Shown: piece after piece, positions 21,095 to 31,006 of the stretch
Layout of the letters: each line of letters opens with the position of its first letter
Position numbering within the stretch: position 1 is the first letter of the stretch
Assembly (NCBI GenBank): GCA_048882045.1
Contig: JBHLRZ010000016.1
Coordinates: 1-64,000, forward strand
Source: Candidatus Thorarchaeota archaeon
Lineage (GTDB): Archaea > Asgardarchaeota > Thorarchaeia > Thorarchaeales > Thorarchaeaceae
Direction: 5' to 3'
Length of the DNA stretch: 64,000 nt
The notes under the pieces: generated by a model
Seen by the model: the letters and a program-made list of their open reading frames with translations, nothing else
Told to the model about the DNA's origin: nothing
Databases searched by the model: none
Made by a program: the position numbers and the translations under genes

Positions 21095-21610
21095 TCACTT
21101 GTCAATTATGACCTTTCGAACTCCTTTGATCTCTGACAGGGTCTCTATCACTCGACCCGGAAGTGGATCTTGAGTGACTACTTTGAGACATGGTTCTTGG
21201 TATATAGCAACATCTTCTGCAAGCACTTGCCGTATAGCGATACCGTACCCAGCTATCATCGATGTTACTTCAGAGAGAATTCCTGGTGTTTCAGGAGATT
21301 CTACGAGGATTGTCACAACACCATATCCCATCACTTTTCGAACTCGTTCAAGGGACGGACCTGCAGGTCTCAAAAGAGAAAAGAATTCACAGATCTCGGA
21401 GTCTTCAGCTTGACAAATGTCCTCCGTTGTAGCTCTGACCGTCCTTCGGTCAATCCCCAAAGCATTCCCCAGAGATTTCAACGGAATCCTGATGTCACCA
21501 CACTTGATCACACCTGGAGCTTCAACATGGAACCCATGCCTTACAATCGCCTCGGCTACCTTCAGTCTTTGGGGAGACTCGCTAAAATAGTCAACAATCT
21601 TACGCCACAT
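21095..21610 (-). CDS. Archaeal HTH plus ACT-domain amino-acid metabolism regulator (COG2150-like)
   Basis: MW..I..YF, GIDRRTV, PGIL..V...IA..GI.IRQ. Confidence 0.85.
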   Translation of the reverse strand: MWRKIVDYFSESPQRLKVAEAIVRHGFHVEAPGVIKCGDIRIPLKSLGNALGIDRRTVRATTEDICQAEDSEICEFFSLLRPAGPSLERVRKVMGYGVVTILVESPETPGILSEVTSMIAGYGIAIRQVLAEDVAIYQEPCLKVVTQDPLPGRVIETLSEIKGVRKVIIDK

Positions 21611-21626
21611 GGGTTTACACCCACAT

Positions 21627-22163
21627 CTATTCCTCTATCAGCTCTTTTTCCATAAGCACTTCGTCTATAAAGCCCTTCGGCATGTTGAAATGAGCCTTTC
21701 TGATACCTACTGTAGTGTATCCGAGGGACTTGTAGAGGTGGATAGCTTTCTCATTGTTGGCAAAGGTGCTCAGAATGATTTTTGTGTACGCTTTCTTCAT
21801 TGCGATTTCATGACCCGAAAGCATTAGAGCTCTTCCTACTCCGATGCCGCGACTCTCCTTTTTGACAATGACTCCGAGTTTTGCTACGTGTTGTGAGGCT
21901 TGCCACTCTTCAGGTTGGAGGGATAGATGTCCAGCATATTTGCCATCAATTCTGGCTACAAGGAGGATTTCCCTATTGTGATCTGTTCGTTCAATCCAGT
22001 GTGCCCAGTCTGTCACATGAGAATTAGGAGTGAATGTTGGAAACCACATGTGTTCTTCTACAACGCTCTTAAAACCTTCATGAAAATCGGGGGCATCATC
22101 CTTCATCGCCCTTCTTACTTTGATTAGGCGACCATCCTTTGATTGATACTCCCACACATGCAT
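21627..22163 (-). CDS. GNAT N-acetyltransferase
   Basis: RGIGVGRAL, N.KAI.LY.SLGY. Confidence 0.88.
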   Translation of the reverse strand: MHVWEYQSKDGRLIKVRRAMKDDAPDFHEGFKSVVEEHMWFPTFTPNSHVTDWAHWIERTDHNREILLVARIDGKYAGHLSLQPEEWQASQHVAKLGVIVKKESRGIGVGRALMLSGHEIAMKKAYTKIILSTFANNEKAIHLYKSLGYTTVGIRKAHFNMPKGFIDEVLMEKELIEE

Positions 22164-22227
22164 GCTCTACGCCAGTAAAAGGACATTCAGAGGCTAGAAA
22201 AAGCATTGCGGTGTGACAAAAAAATAC

Positions 22228-23055
22228 TCATGGGGCCGGAGTAAGTAGAGGAAGGTCTACCCTCAATCCAGGTCTTGGGAGAGAACAGGTATAGACACGG
22301 TCTAGCTCAATGTAGGCAGTCGAATTATTGATTTCTCTAAAGTGTCCCTTTAGTTGAAAAGCAGCGGGTTCAAGAGTCACTAGTGCAATTGCCACACGCA
22401 TTCCATCTTTCAGTTCAAATCCGCGACGCTTCTCTTCACCACGTTTCAAAACAATTCTGTTAGAAGAAACAGGTATCATTCCAAATTCAGGAAATGCTAC
22501 AGGGTATCCATCATCTGAAATGTATGCAATGATTTTAACTGCCGCCATCTTGGAGAAGCGCTGAAACACATTTAGTGGCATATTGCCTTCCTCTGTTTCT
22601 TTGGTAGGTACCTTGCTACCAACAAGCTTAGCTTTTAGAAATGCTGAGAGGACATTCAATTTTGATATGCCATACTTCTGGCTAGCCCAGATTGCTTCAG
22701 CAACCCCCGCACCACGCGCATTTGTATAATTGTTATAGCGGAAGAGCGGTGTTTGTGCGATGAATTCATAGATTTCATCGTTGCGATGGTATGATTCGAA
22801 ATCAGCTTTGATCAACCAACTATCAAGATCAGTCGTAAAGACCAAGATAGCCATCTTAGTATTCCCATCATTGACATTCTTTCGACTCTTGTAGGTCATG
22901 AAGTCACCATAGACCATAGTGCTATCTCTATACACTGTCCATGACAAAACAGGAACAACATTTGGTTCACCCTCAGAATCCTTGGTAACCATGAATTTGG
23001 GTGTAAGAAATTCCTTCATTGCTTCAACGAGCTCATCGCTCAATATATCAACCAC
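22228..23055 (-). CDS. Tandem pyridoxamine-5'-phosphate-oxidase-like (flavin-binding split barrel) protein
   Basis: Two repeats, KFMVTKDSEGEPNVVP and KIIAYISDDGYPVAFP, with WLIKA / FQLKG strands. Confidence 0.7.
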   Translation of the reverse strand: MVDILSDELVEAMKEFLTPKFMVTKDSEGEPNVVPVLSWTVYRDSTMVYGDFMTYKSRKNVNDGNTKMAILVFTTDLDSWLIKADFESYHRNDEIYEFIAQTPLFRYNNYTNARGAGVAEAIWASQKYGISKLNVLSAFLKAKLVGSKVPTKETEEGNMPLNVFQRFSKMAAVKIIAYISDDGYPVAFPEFGMIPVSSNRIVLKRGEEKRRGFELKDGMRVAIALVTLEPAAFQLKGHFREINNSTAYIELDRVYTCSLPRPGLRVDLPLLTPAP

Positions 23056-24016
23056 AGGTCTTTACCTCCGAGTTCACAACTTCTTTCTTTGAATTCTTGG
23101 TCATTCCAGACCAAACAACGTTAGAAAGGCCTTCTTCGCGAGCCACCTCCGCAAGGTGTTCCATAGTTTCTTCCGTAATTAGGTCATAGTCCCTAAGGGG
23201 ATATTCTAAATCGAAGAGAGCATACTTGTCAATACACATCCGGTTGAAGGCAAGAAGGTCGAACCGTTCAACTTTGGGCATAGCTTCCATGATGAAACGA
23301 GCTATTGCTCTGATGTTCTCTTCGTTATCAGTATGTTCAGGAATTATTGGTGTCCTTATCCATACTGGCTTCCTACTCTGGCTGACTACCCGAGCATTTT
23401 CTAGAACTCTATCAATGGGAACTCCTGTATACAACTTGTGTTTTTCCGGGTCCATGACTTTCAAGTCATAAAGAACCATATCTACATACGGGAGTAGGTC
23501 TCGTAGAACCTTCTCACTGCAGTATCCACATGTATCGAGGGCAACATGCACACCTTCCTTTTTCAGACCCTTTGCTATTTCAATAACAAATTCAGACTGG
23601 AAGGTTGCCTCGCCTCCAGAAAGAGTCACACCACCGTTCGAGGTTTCGAAGAATACCTTGTCACGAATTAGCTCCCTGACGAGATCATCTGAAGACCATT
23701 TCTTGCCCATAATCTTGACAGCACCTGTTGGACATTCATCCTCGCAAATTCCGCACACCAAACATTTGTCCCTGTCTATCTTGAGACCATCTGAAGTCAT
23801 CTCGAGAGCTCCCTCAGGACAAGTACGAACACACGCTTGATCATCAATGCACTTCACAGAGTACCAAACAACAATTGATTCAGGATCAATTGTTTCAATA
23901 TTATGACACCACGTACATGACATTGGGCAGCCCTTAAGGAATACAGTTGTCCGTATGCCTGGACCATCCTCAGTAGAACACCTTTGGATATTGGTGATAA
24001 TTCCAGATGTGGCCAT
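23048..24016 (-). CDS. Glycyl-radical enzyme activating radical SAM protein with ferredoxin insert
   Basis: DGPGIRTTVFLKGCPMSCTWCHN, CxxDxxCxxxCP and CxxCxxCxxxCP, GGVTLSGGE. Confidence 0.95.
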   Translation of the reverse strand: MATSGIITNIQRCSTEDGPGIRTTVFLKGCPMSCTWCHNIETIDPESIVVWYSVKCIDDQACVRTCPEGALEMTSDGLKIDRDKCLVCGICEDECPTGAVKIMGKKWSSDDLVRELIRDKVFFETSNGGVTLSGGEATFQSEFVIEIAKGLKKEGVHVALDTCGYCSEKVLRDLLPYVDMVLYDLKVMDPEKHKLYTGVPIDRVLENARVVSQSRKPVWIRTPIIPEHTDNEENIRAIARFIMEAMPKVERFDLLAFNRMCIDKYALFDLEYPLRDYDLITEETMEHLAEVAREEGLSNVVWSGMTKNSKKEVVNSEVKTCG

Positions 24017-26415
24017 CAGATTGAGTGCTCCGTTCTAGTGATTATCTCTTCTTGTAATTCTCTGCCGACTTGCGTAAAGAATGCATTGTATCCGGTCACT
24101 CGCACCATAAGATTGGAATAGGCATCAGGGTTCTTCTGTGCTTCACGGAGAGTTTCTGAATTAATCACATTGATCTGCAACGCAGTTCCTCCGACCTCGT
24201 TGCATGCTCTAAGCAATGCAGCAAGTTTCTCAATATGCTCCGGAGTCTTTAACATCGAGGGACTGAGTGTTATGGTTTGCGAGGCTCCATTTGGTACAGT
24301 TTTAAGATTCAGTTTTCCAACAGAACGGATAGAAGCTGTTGGTCCAGAAGAATCCATACCTTGTACTGCACCTACACCCCCGGAGAGGAATTCACCACGA
24401 CGTCGCCCATCAGGTGTTGCCGCAGTCAGAGGGCCTAGTGGAATAAAATAGTTCCAAGATAGATAACCAGCTCGATATTTCCGTCCTGTGTATGGATTTT
24501 CATGCTTAATAGCTTCCTCCGCCCAGTAGACAGATAGTTCTCGTGCGATATCATCAACATAATCATCATCATTTCCGAACTTAGGAGCCTTAGATCTTAG
24601 CAATTGACGAATCTCCTCAAAGCCCTCAAAGTTGGAGTCTAAGGCTTCAAGTAAGACCTTCATTTCGATCCTTTTTTCCTCAAAGACTAGCTTCTTCACA
24701 GCAGCTACCGAATCTGCAAGAGTTGCGATACCCATTCCTTCAATTGTGTTGAAATTCCAGGTTGTTCCACCCTCATTAACATCCTTTCCGTTCTGCGCGC
24801 AATCATCCATTAGTGAACTGAGGTATGGAACCGGTTGATACTTCGCACGAAGTGTGTCAACCATATTTCCAACATCAATATGTAGCTTGATGAGTGCCTT
24901 GAGCTGTGTTTTGACTGCATCCATGAATAAGTCAAATGAAGAGAAATTCAAAGGAGCACCGGTTTTTGGACCAAATTGCTCCCCTGAAGCCGCATCCCGC
25001 CCGTCGTGCAGTGCTAATTCTACTGCCTTAGCCAGATTGATGTTCACGTCAACTGTGTCGGAACGGTCATTTCCCTGCAGGGTATTCTCCAAACATCCAA
25101 CGATACCATAGTTCCATGCCTCGTCTCGAGGGATACCCTGCCAGACCAGTCCCTCAATACTATGTTCATCAAAGTTCAGTAGGAAAGGAGATCCTTGAGA
25201 TCTTGAAACCATCTCAGAAACTCGAATCATGAGGTCCTGAGGTGTATTCTTGTGTATGCGAATGTTTGGTTTTGGTTCAAAGAGGTTCATCTCCTCAATT
25301 ACCTCAAGTGCTAGCCAAGTAAGATCATTCGTTAGATCTTCTCCATTAGGACCACAGCCACTAAGAGTGATGAGTTGTCCAAAACTCGAATTGATTCCCT
25401 GATTGATGCCCAAGCGTCCTTGGTAGTCATAGACATAGTTGTGTTTGATCCAGTAACACTGTAGAAGTTCTTTTGCTTCGTTTCGTGTCAGGATTCCTTC
25501 ATCAAGGTCTTTTTTGTAAAATGGATACATATACTGGTCCCAACGACCGTGAGATAGTCCAGCTCCAGGATAGGACTCAGCAGCCATAACAAGCATATGA
25601 ACAATCCAGAGTGATTGCAAGGCTTCCCAGAAGGTTGTGGGTGGTTCCCAAGGGACTCTTTTGCATATCGCCGCAATATTCTGAAGCTCCTTTTTCCGAG
25701 TAGTATCCTGCTCGATGTCAGCAATCTCTTGTGCTTTCTTAGAATAACGCAGTCCAACTTCTTTTGCTGTTTCACAACCGAGAATCAGTGCCTCAATGAA
25801 CTCTCGATGTTCTAGGGTGATATCGCCTTTGAGCAACTCATGATATTCTTCAGCTAAACCTCTCATGCCAATTTTCATCACTTTTGCATAATTAGGAATA
25901 AGATGACCAGGAATACTGGACGCGGTTCCAATTCCATGATCGTTCATTCTGGAAACTTCATCGAACCACTTTTTCATTCCCTTATTCCGTGCAGCTGTTT
26001 CTTTCTTGCTGAGTGTCCGAGATAGGGCTGTGTTGAAGTTGAATCCAACAATCAGCTCTCCATCTAAGATGATTATTGGCATATATTTGGTCATTACTTC
26101 ATTGAAGAAAACTGCACGTCTCATAACGAGTCCATGATTCCAGAAGTTCTCTGGCAGTTCGACCTTAATAGCCATCGCTTTCAGGGTCTGATCGACAGAA
26201 TTCAAGAATGGGTAGAGGGCTGGTTCATTCGTCCAATCATGGACAGAATAGACTTCGTCCCACTCAGTACCTGTTGTGAATGAGTACGGTTCATTCGTAT
26301 CTTCTCGGTCATGAAATGAATAGAAGTGGTCTCTCAGTTTCTTGACACGAGGAGAGAGGTTCTCAGAGGGCGACCAGATTTTTACAGGAGATGCTTTCTT
26401 TTGATCAACAGTCAA
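24016..26415 (-). CDS. Glycyl-radical enzyme (PFL superfamily, single-Cys eliminase type, substrate unknown)
   Basis: Cys loop IVGCLE, Gly loop VRVTGYNAFF, GRWDQY, PKFGNDD, ATPDGR. Confidence 0.93.
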   Translation of the reverse strand: MTVDQKKASPVKIWSPSENLSPRVKKLRDHFYSFHDREDTNEPYSFTTGTEWDEVYSVHDWTNEPALYPFLNSVDQTLKAMAIKVELPENFWNHGLVMRRAVFFNEVMTKYMPIIILDGELIVGFNFNTALSRTLSKKETAARNKGMKKWFDEVSRMNDHGIGTASSIPGHLIPNYAKVMKIGMRGLAEEYHELLKGDITLEHREFIEALILGCETAKEVGLRYSKKAQEIADIEQDTTRKKELQNIAAICKRVPWEPPTTFWEALQSLWIVHMLVMAAESYPGAGLSHGRWDQYMYPFYKKDLDEGILTRNEAKELLQCYWIKHNYVYDYQGRLGINQGINSSFGQLITLSGCGPNGEDLTNDLTWLALEVIEEMNLFEPKPNIRIHKNTPQDLMIRVSEMVSRSQGSPFLLNFDEHSIEGLVWQGIPRDEAWNYGIVGCLENTLQGNDRSDTVDVNINLAKAVELALHDGRDAASGEQFGPKTGAPLNFSSFDLFMDAVKTQLKALIKLHIDVGNMVDTLRAKYQPVPYLSSLMDDCAQNGKDVNEGGTTWNFNTIEGMGIATLADSVAAVKKLVFEEKRIEMKVLLEALDSNFEGFEEIRQLLRSKAPKFGNDDDYVDDIARELSVYWAEEAIKHENPYTGRKYRAGYLSWNYFIPLGPLTAATPDGRRRGEFLSGGVGAVQGMDSSGPTASIRSVGKLNLKTVPNGASQTITLSPSMLKTPEHIEKLAALLRACNEVGGTALQINVINSETLREAQKNPDAYSNLMVRVTGYNAFFTQVGRELQEEIITRTEHSI

Positions 26416-26548
26416 AGGTTACACCGCATTTCAAAGGCTTAGTGTCCAATGGAAATGCGTCTTAAAAGATTACATATTCTGATAGAATGTGACCAAATTG
26501 AGAAGTTCTTTTAAGAAATTATGGAGAGATAGGAGCGAGGAGTTTCGA

Positions 26549-26803
26549 TTGACGGGTGAAGGTTCCGCGATATCTGGATCTGAAAACGAAGGACCATTAA
26601 TGGTTGGTGCTGGTTTCTTCTTACTCATGATATCCTTGGCATGCTCAATAGGAATAGGGACTAGTGCACTGATTACATCACCATATGTAAGCGCCTCACT
26701 TGTCAGCGCTAGCTACTTCTTGGGTCTCTTGTTTTCCGCACCTCTAGGAGGGTATCTCTTTGGTAAAGGATTCCTTCTCATTCTGAGAAAATCAAGAAGC
26801 TGA
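26549..26803 (+). CDS. Small 2-TM hypothetical protein
   Basis: Two hydrophobic helices; probable TTG start after GAGGAG. Confidence 0.5.
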   Translation: MTGEGSAISGSENEGPLMVGAGFFLLMISLACSIGIGTSALITSPYVSASLVSASYFLGLLFSAPLGGYLFGKGFLLILRKSRS

Positions 26804-26903
26804 AACGTACGACCGTGCAACTGGCGCTAGCCTTAAAAGCAGTCCCAGTCCTCTGGCCCCATCCGCCCGAATAGAGATTACTGGGTATCAGGAAGGCTCG
26901 AGA

Positions 26904-29060
26904 ATGAATAGAACGAGTAAATTGTTTGCGCTCCTAGTTGTTACAATGATGTTTGTGGGAGTTGCACAGACTCATATGCAAGCATCAATTGCCAGTCATG
27001 AAGCCCTGATTACACCAACTGAGAGTTTTTCATTTTCAGGATATGATTCCACCCACATCACAGTAGTTCACAACAGTCCCGTGAATGGGAGCACTCAGTA
27101 CGGTACATTCAATATCAACGTAGACACAACATCAGATTACGGGTCCCTGAACCTCACACTCTATGTAGAAGGCATAATATATAGTGGCCACGATCATGAA
27201 AACTTGACAGATGGAAATCACGACATCTCAGTTGATTCAACACTTCTTGCAGAGGGAATGCTAAACTTCACACTATTGTTTGAATACATGGTAGAGAAAG
27301 AGTCCGTATATCTGCTGTACTTCATAGACAACGATGGTGTGAACCTCGAGTTTGACCTATATTCTCCTGTGAACGGATCAACAATCAGTGGCGTGGTCAG
27401 CATTAATATCAATGCAACTCATGACTTTGGAAATCTCAACATGACAGTCCTGGTTGACGGTTTTGCTCAGTCCCCCTATGATCCATCTCTCATCCCTTCA
27501 GGTGATACGAGCATCATCATCGATACTAGCTCCCTATGGGAAGGTTATAACAACTTCACCTTGCTCTTCGAGTACGATTTCCTTGCAACGACATTTCAGG
27601 ATGTCGTATATCTCGAGTATCTGGTTGATAACGATGGTGAACCAATAACCATTGACCATCAGTCGCCCGCTTATGGAGCAGAGGTTTCTGGAATCTTTGA
27701 TCTTGTCCTCCTGATTGGTTCTGAATATGATCCGCTTAACCTCACACTCTATGTCGAAGGTGTAGTTCAATCAGATTACAATGACACGATAATCGGAATA
27801 CGAGAACAGACCATCGCCATAAACACAACTGGTCTCGATGAAGGACTGTTGAACTTCACACTTGTCTTCGAATACAATGTGACAGGCGAGAATGCGAGAG
27901 CAGAATACTTTGTTGAATTCGTAGTAAACAATCACGGTGCTCCAGGATTGGTCATTCTAGGACCTGCAGAATCTGAAACCGTGACTGGCTTGACAGATTT
28001 ATGGTTGAATATCACTTCGACCCTTGATGAGGTCTATCTGAACGTAACAGTCGATGGCGTGATAGCACCAGAGTTCAATGGGACACTGGTCTATGTGGGA
28101 GCAAATAACTACACATTGAACACCAGTCGATATGAGAATGGAGACCACTTAATCGCAGTCACAGTTTATACCGCTGAAGGTGAGAATGTAACAATCGAGC
28201 GAGAGTTAAGCTTCTTGGATTATGTGCGAGTCTATGTATCAGAGCTTTCATCATTCAACGAAGTTTCCGGCAACCAAGAAATCAAGCTGAGACTAGCAAC
28301 ACCTTATGACAATGCTACTCTATCACTTTATATCAATGGGATTTTGACTGAGGTTGAAAATACGACACTTTATCCGGGATTGAACTCAATTTTCGTGAAT
28401 ACAACAGTATTTGATGAAGGGGAAGCGATTTTCAAATTTATCGTGTATGATGCGTTTGGACACTCCTGGACATACCAAATGACACTAATCATTGATAACC
28501 ACGGACCAGTAATACTCAGATTTGGAACCCGAGATGCTGTCGTTATCGGAGTTGCTCTGTTCGAAATCGAAGTAGATACAGAATTGAGTGCAGCGTATTT
28601 CTCTGTATACGTTGACGACGTACTGATGAGCCGGTATGTAAACCAATCAGTGGTTTTTTCCGGAGATTCATTTACCTTCACAATAGACGTTGGCAACTTC
28701 ACCAAGGATCAACATGTTGTCAAGATTGTTATGTATACAGAAGAGGGTGAAAGATCAGAGGTGGAAAGAACATTCGGATTTGCTACTCTCAGGATTGAAG
28801 AGATGGTGAGTGGACTCATTCTACTGGGAGTTGCTTTTCTGATTCCACTCTATAGATGGAGAAAAGGACAGCCACTTCGTCCGGTCATCATTGTAGACAT
28901 CATCTTCTTCTTGGTAGTTGCCCTTGCCTTCGTTTTCCTAGGTATTACGACGGTACCATTCCTGATATGGCATGTCAACCTCCCAAGTATTTGGGCTATA
29001 GGGGGAACCCTAGTGTTTACAAACTGGGTCTTACCCATCATAACGACGGAAGAAGAGTAG
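26904..29060 (+). CDS. Cell-surface protein with about six Ig-like repeats and a 3-TM C-terminal anchor
   Basis: Signal peptide; roughly 100 aa repeats SPxNG...NLTLYV[ED]G...DT..L.EG..NFTL.F; many NxS/T sequons. Confidence 0.82.
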   Translation: MNRTSKLFALLVVTMMFVGVAQTHMQASIASHEALITPTESFSFSGYDSTHITVVHNSPVNGSTQYGTFNINVDTTSDYGSLNLTLYVEGIIYSGHDHENLTDGNHDISVDSTLLAEGMLNFTLLFEYMVEKESVYLLYFIDNDGVNLEFDLYSPVNGSTISGVVSININATHDFGNLNMTVLVDGFAQSPYDPSLIPSGDTSIIIDTSSLWEGYNNFTLLFEYDFLATTFQDVVYLEYLVDNDGEPITIDHQSPAYGAEVSGIFDLVLLIGSEYDPLNLTLYVEGVVQSDYNDTIIGIREQTIAINTTGLDEGLLNFTLVFEYNVTGENARAEYFVEFVVNNHGAPGLVILGPAESETVTGLTDLWLNITSTLDEVYLNVTVDGVIAPEFNGTLVYVGANNYTLNTSRYENGDHLIAVTVYTAEGENVTIERELSFLDYVRVYVSELSSFNEVSGNQEIKLRLATPYDNATLSLYINGILTEVENTTLYPGLNSIFVNTTVFDEGEAIFKFIVYDAFGHSWTYQMTLIIDNHGPVILRFGTRDAVVIGVALFEIEVDTELSAAYFSVYVDDVLMSRYVNQSVVFSGDSFTFTIDVGNFTKDQHVVKIVMYTEEGERSEVERTFGFATLRIEEMVSGLILLGVAFLIPLYRWRKGQPLRPVIIVDIIFFLVVALAFVFLGITTVPFLIWHVNLPSIWAIGGTLVFTNWVLPIITTEEE

Positions 29061-29063
29061 CCT

Positions 29064-29927
29064 TCAGAGCAGTCGTGTGACTGGAATATCTGTAGATGTT
29101 TCGGACTTCCACTTGACAAGTGAATTAAAGACGATAAGTTGATCCTTCGGAATTATGGATCTAACAGTCTTTGGCGACCAAGTGGAGGAGGCATTTACAG
29201 TCCGTGAAACGATAACATCAGCATACTCTAATCCTTTCTTCGTGACATCGGCCGCAAACAAGGCCATCTTGGAGTTCTCATTTGTAATGACTCCTACACC
29301 AATCAGTCGATCTTCTGATGTGAACTCCATTAGCTTTCCGGGAAGCTCACCTGAAATTACTCTCGATGCCAATTCAGCGAGTGATCCAGGGTATGCGATA
29401 TGTGAGAACCGCATTGATTTGGGTAGCTTAGTCACACCTTTTAGAGTGACAGTTTTGACTTTTGTTGTCTTCTTTGCAGGAATTCTTGCAAGAGGTAATT
29501 GGATGTTCAGAATAGAACCTCGCGCAAAGTATTGCACCTTCATCCAGTAGTTATAAGCTGCAGGTGGGGTTGTTGCTACCACGCGAACCACACGTTTCTT
29601 CCGAAGCACAGCTTCAGCCGCTCGGGTCAGCTTTGTCCCTATTGTAGTTTTCTGGTTTCGCACATCGATGTCTAGATTCCTGATTATTCCGACTCTTCCA
29701 GAGATTGGATTCCTTTCATATCTGAAGACAATCTCACCAACGACCCTACCTCGTTCCTCAGCAACAAGCCATCCCCACCTCTCAAAGGCTGCACCTCGAT
29801 GCTCATCTTTTACTTGCTCTAGAGTTTTATACCCTCCATCTCGGACTCGGTGAAACCATCGCGTGCCCTGATATACTTCAAGCAAATCCTTGCAGTCTTT
29901 CATGGCACCCTGTCGAATAGTAACCAT
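29064..29927 (-). CDS. GNAT-family acetyltransferase (two-domain)
   Basis: TIRQG, WLVAEE.GRVVG, QKTTIGTKL; probable ATG at 29927. Confidence 0.72.
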   Translation of the reverse strand: MVTIRQGAMKDCKDLLEVYQGTRWFHRVRDGGYKTLEQVKDEHRGAAFERWGWLVAEERGRVVGEIVFRYERNPISGRVGIIRNLDIDVRNQKTTIGTKLTRAAEAVLRKKRVVRVVATTPPAAYNYWMKVQYFARGSILNIQLPLARIPAKKTTKVKTVTLKGVTKLPKSMRFSHIAYPGSLAELASRVISGELPGKLMEFTSEDRLIGVGVITNENSKMALFAADVTKKGLEYADVIVSRTVNASSTWSPKTVRSIIPKDQLIVFNSLVKWKSETSTDIPVTRLL

Positions 29928-29999
29928 TCCTAGAAACCTCTGACAAGAGTCAAATGCATGTGAGCAAGATAAAATGCTGTATGACAAGATATTGTGTTT

Positions 30000-30926
30000 C
30001 TAGAGAGTATCACTCAGTTTCAGAGTTCGTTCACTGACCTCTTTCGCACTAGGTCCAAACAGATAGAGGATGGGTTCTACACTGTATCCACCTGGAACAT
30101 GTATTGCAGGATAGGCAGTCCTCTTTCCTGGCAGTTGCTTCACACTCATGAGCGACCTTGTAATCCTACTCGAAGAAGTTTCAGACTCCGCGATAGGAAC
30201 AACATTAAATCCGACCTTGCGAGCATTCTGGACCACATCTTCTCTTCCACTAACACAAAGACAGGATCGAACACGTGTCCATGTTTGCTTGGCATACAAC
30301 AAAATTTCAGCAGTATGACTTGAAGCTCCAAACTGTGGACTGATTAGGGCCCTTGCATATCCATCTATGACAGTGATTCGTCCAGGTACACCGGCAACAT
30401 CTTCGACTGTTTCAGCCTGCTTGTCGCATACGACAAAATTGGCCCGCACTTGAGGAACTATCTTTTCAAAGGTGGCAGAGAGCTCAATTATCCCTAGAGC
30501 ATCGAGCATATCACTGATAACCGTCGCGCGGCCAGCTAGATGGTCATCCTTTCCTCCTAGCAATGACGAACATATCTGGCAATTCACAGCCTTGAGAGAT
30601 GGAACCTGCTTCTGATGCATCTCACATAAAACAGACCCGATTCGCGAACGCATACAGGATGAACATATCTCTCGAACGACTTGGTCTTGAGATGACTCGC
30701 CAGATTTGAGCATCTCTGTGAGTCTTTCTGAGAGGTGAGATATCTCGTCTGCGAGTTTCGTCTTTGTTACTGGTTGATTGAGGTATTTGCTGACCGCAGC
30801 CTGTGTCAAATCCATCTTCGAAGCGATTTCGGTCTGTGAGAATCCTTCCTTTCGGAGAGACCTAGCAACGAATACTCTCACGGTTCTGAGGAAATCTCTC
30901 TGGACAGTTTCACACGGTGGCCTCAT
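30000..30926 (-). CDS. thiR: Thiamine-responsive regulator ThiR (HTH plus ThiN-like domain)
   Basis: MRPPCE, SQTEIA..M.LTQAAVSKY, PQVRAN, VAGVPGRI, FGASSH, GG.S.EP; divergent from the thiamine ABC genes. Confidence 0.88.
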   Translation of the reverse strand: MRPPCETVQRDFLRTVRVFVARSLRKEGFSQTEIASKMDLTQAAVSKYLNQPVTKTKLADEISHLSERLTEMLKSGESSQDQVVREICSSCMRSRIGSVLCEMHQKQVPSLKAVNCQICSSLLGGKDDHLAGRATVISDMLDALGIIELSATFEKIVPQVRANFVVCDKQAETVEDVAGVPGRITVIDGYARALISPQFGASSHTAEILLYAKQTWTRVRSCLCVSGREDVVQNARKVGFNVVPIAESETSSSRITRSLMSVKQLPGKRTAYPAIHVPGGYSVEPILYLFGPSAKEVSERTLKLSDTL

Positions 30927-30939
30927 ACTAAATCACCAT

Positions 30940-30974
30940 TTCTTATAACACAGTTATAATAACCGTTATAAGAA
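30940..30974. promoter_or_regulatory. Putative ThiR operator(s) overlapping divergent promoters
   Basis: TTATAAC-ACA-GTTATAA at 30943-30959 and an outer perfect inverted repeat TTCTTATAAC / GTTATAAGAA. Confidence 0.75.
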
Positions 30975-31006
30975 TGCTTGCATGGCTTCCTATTAGTGAA
31001 GGAATA

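Noticed and set aside
24016-26415. Pyruvate formate-lyase or alkyl/benzylsuccinate synthase
   Set aside because: It has a single Cys followed by X-Glu rather than CC, and there are no small Fe-S subunit genes
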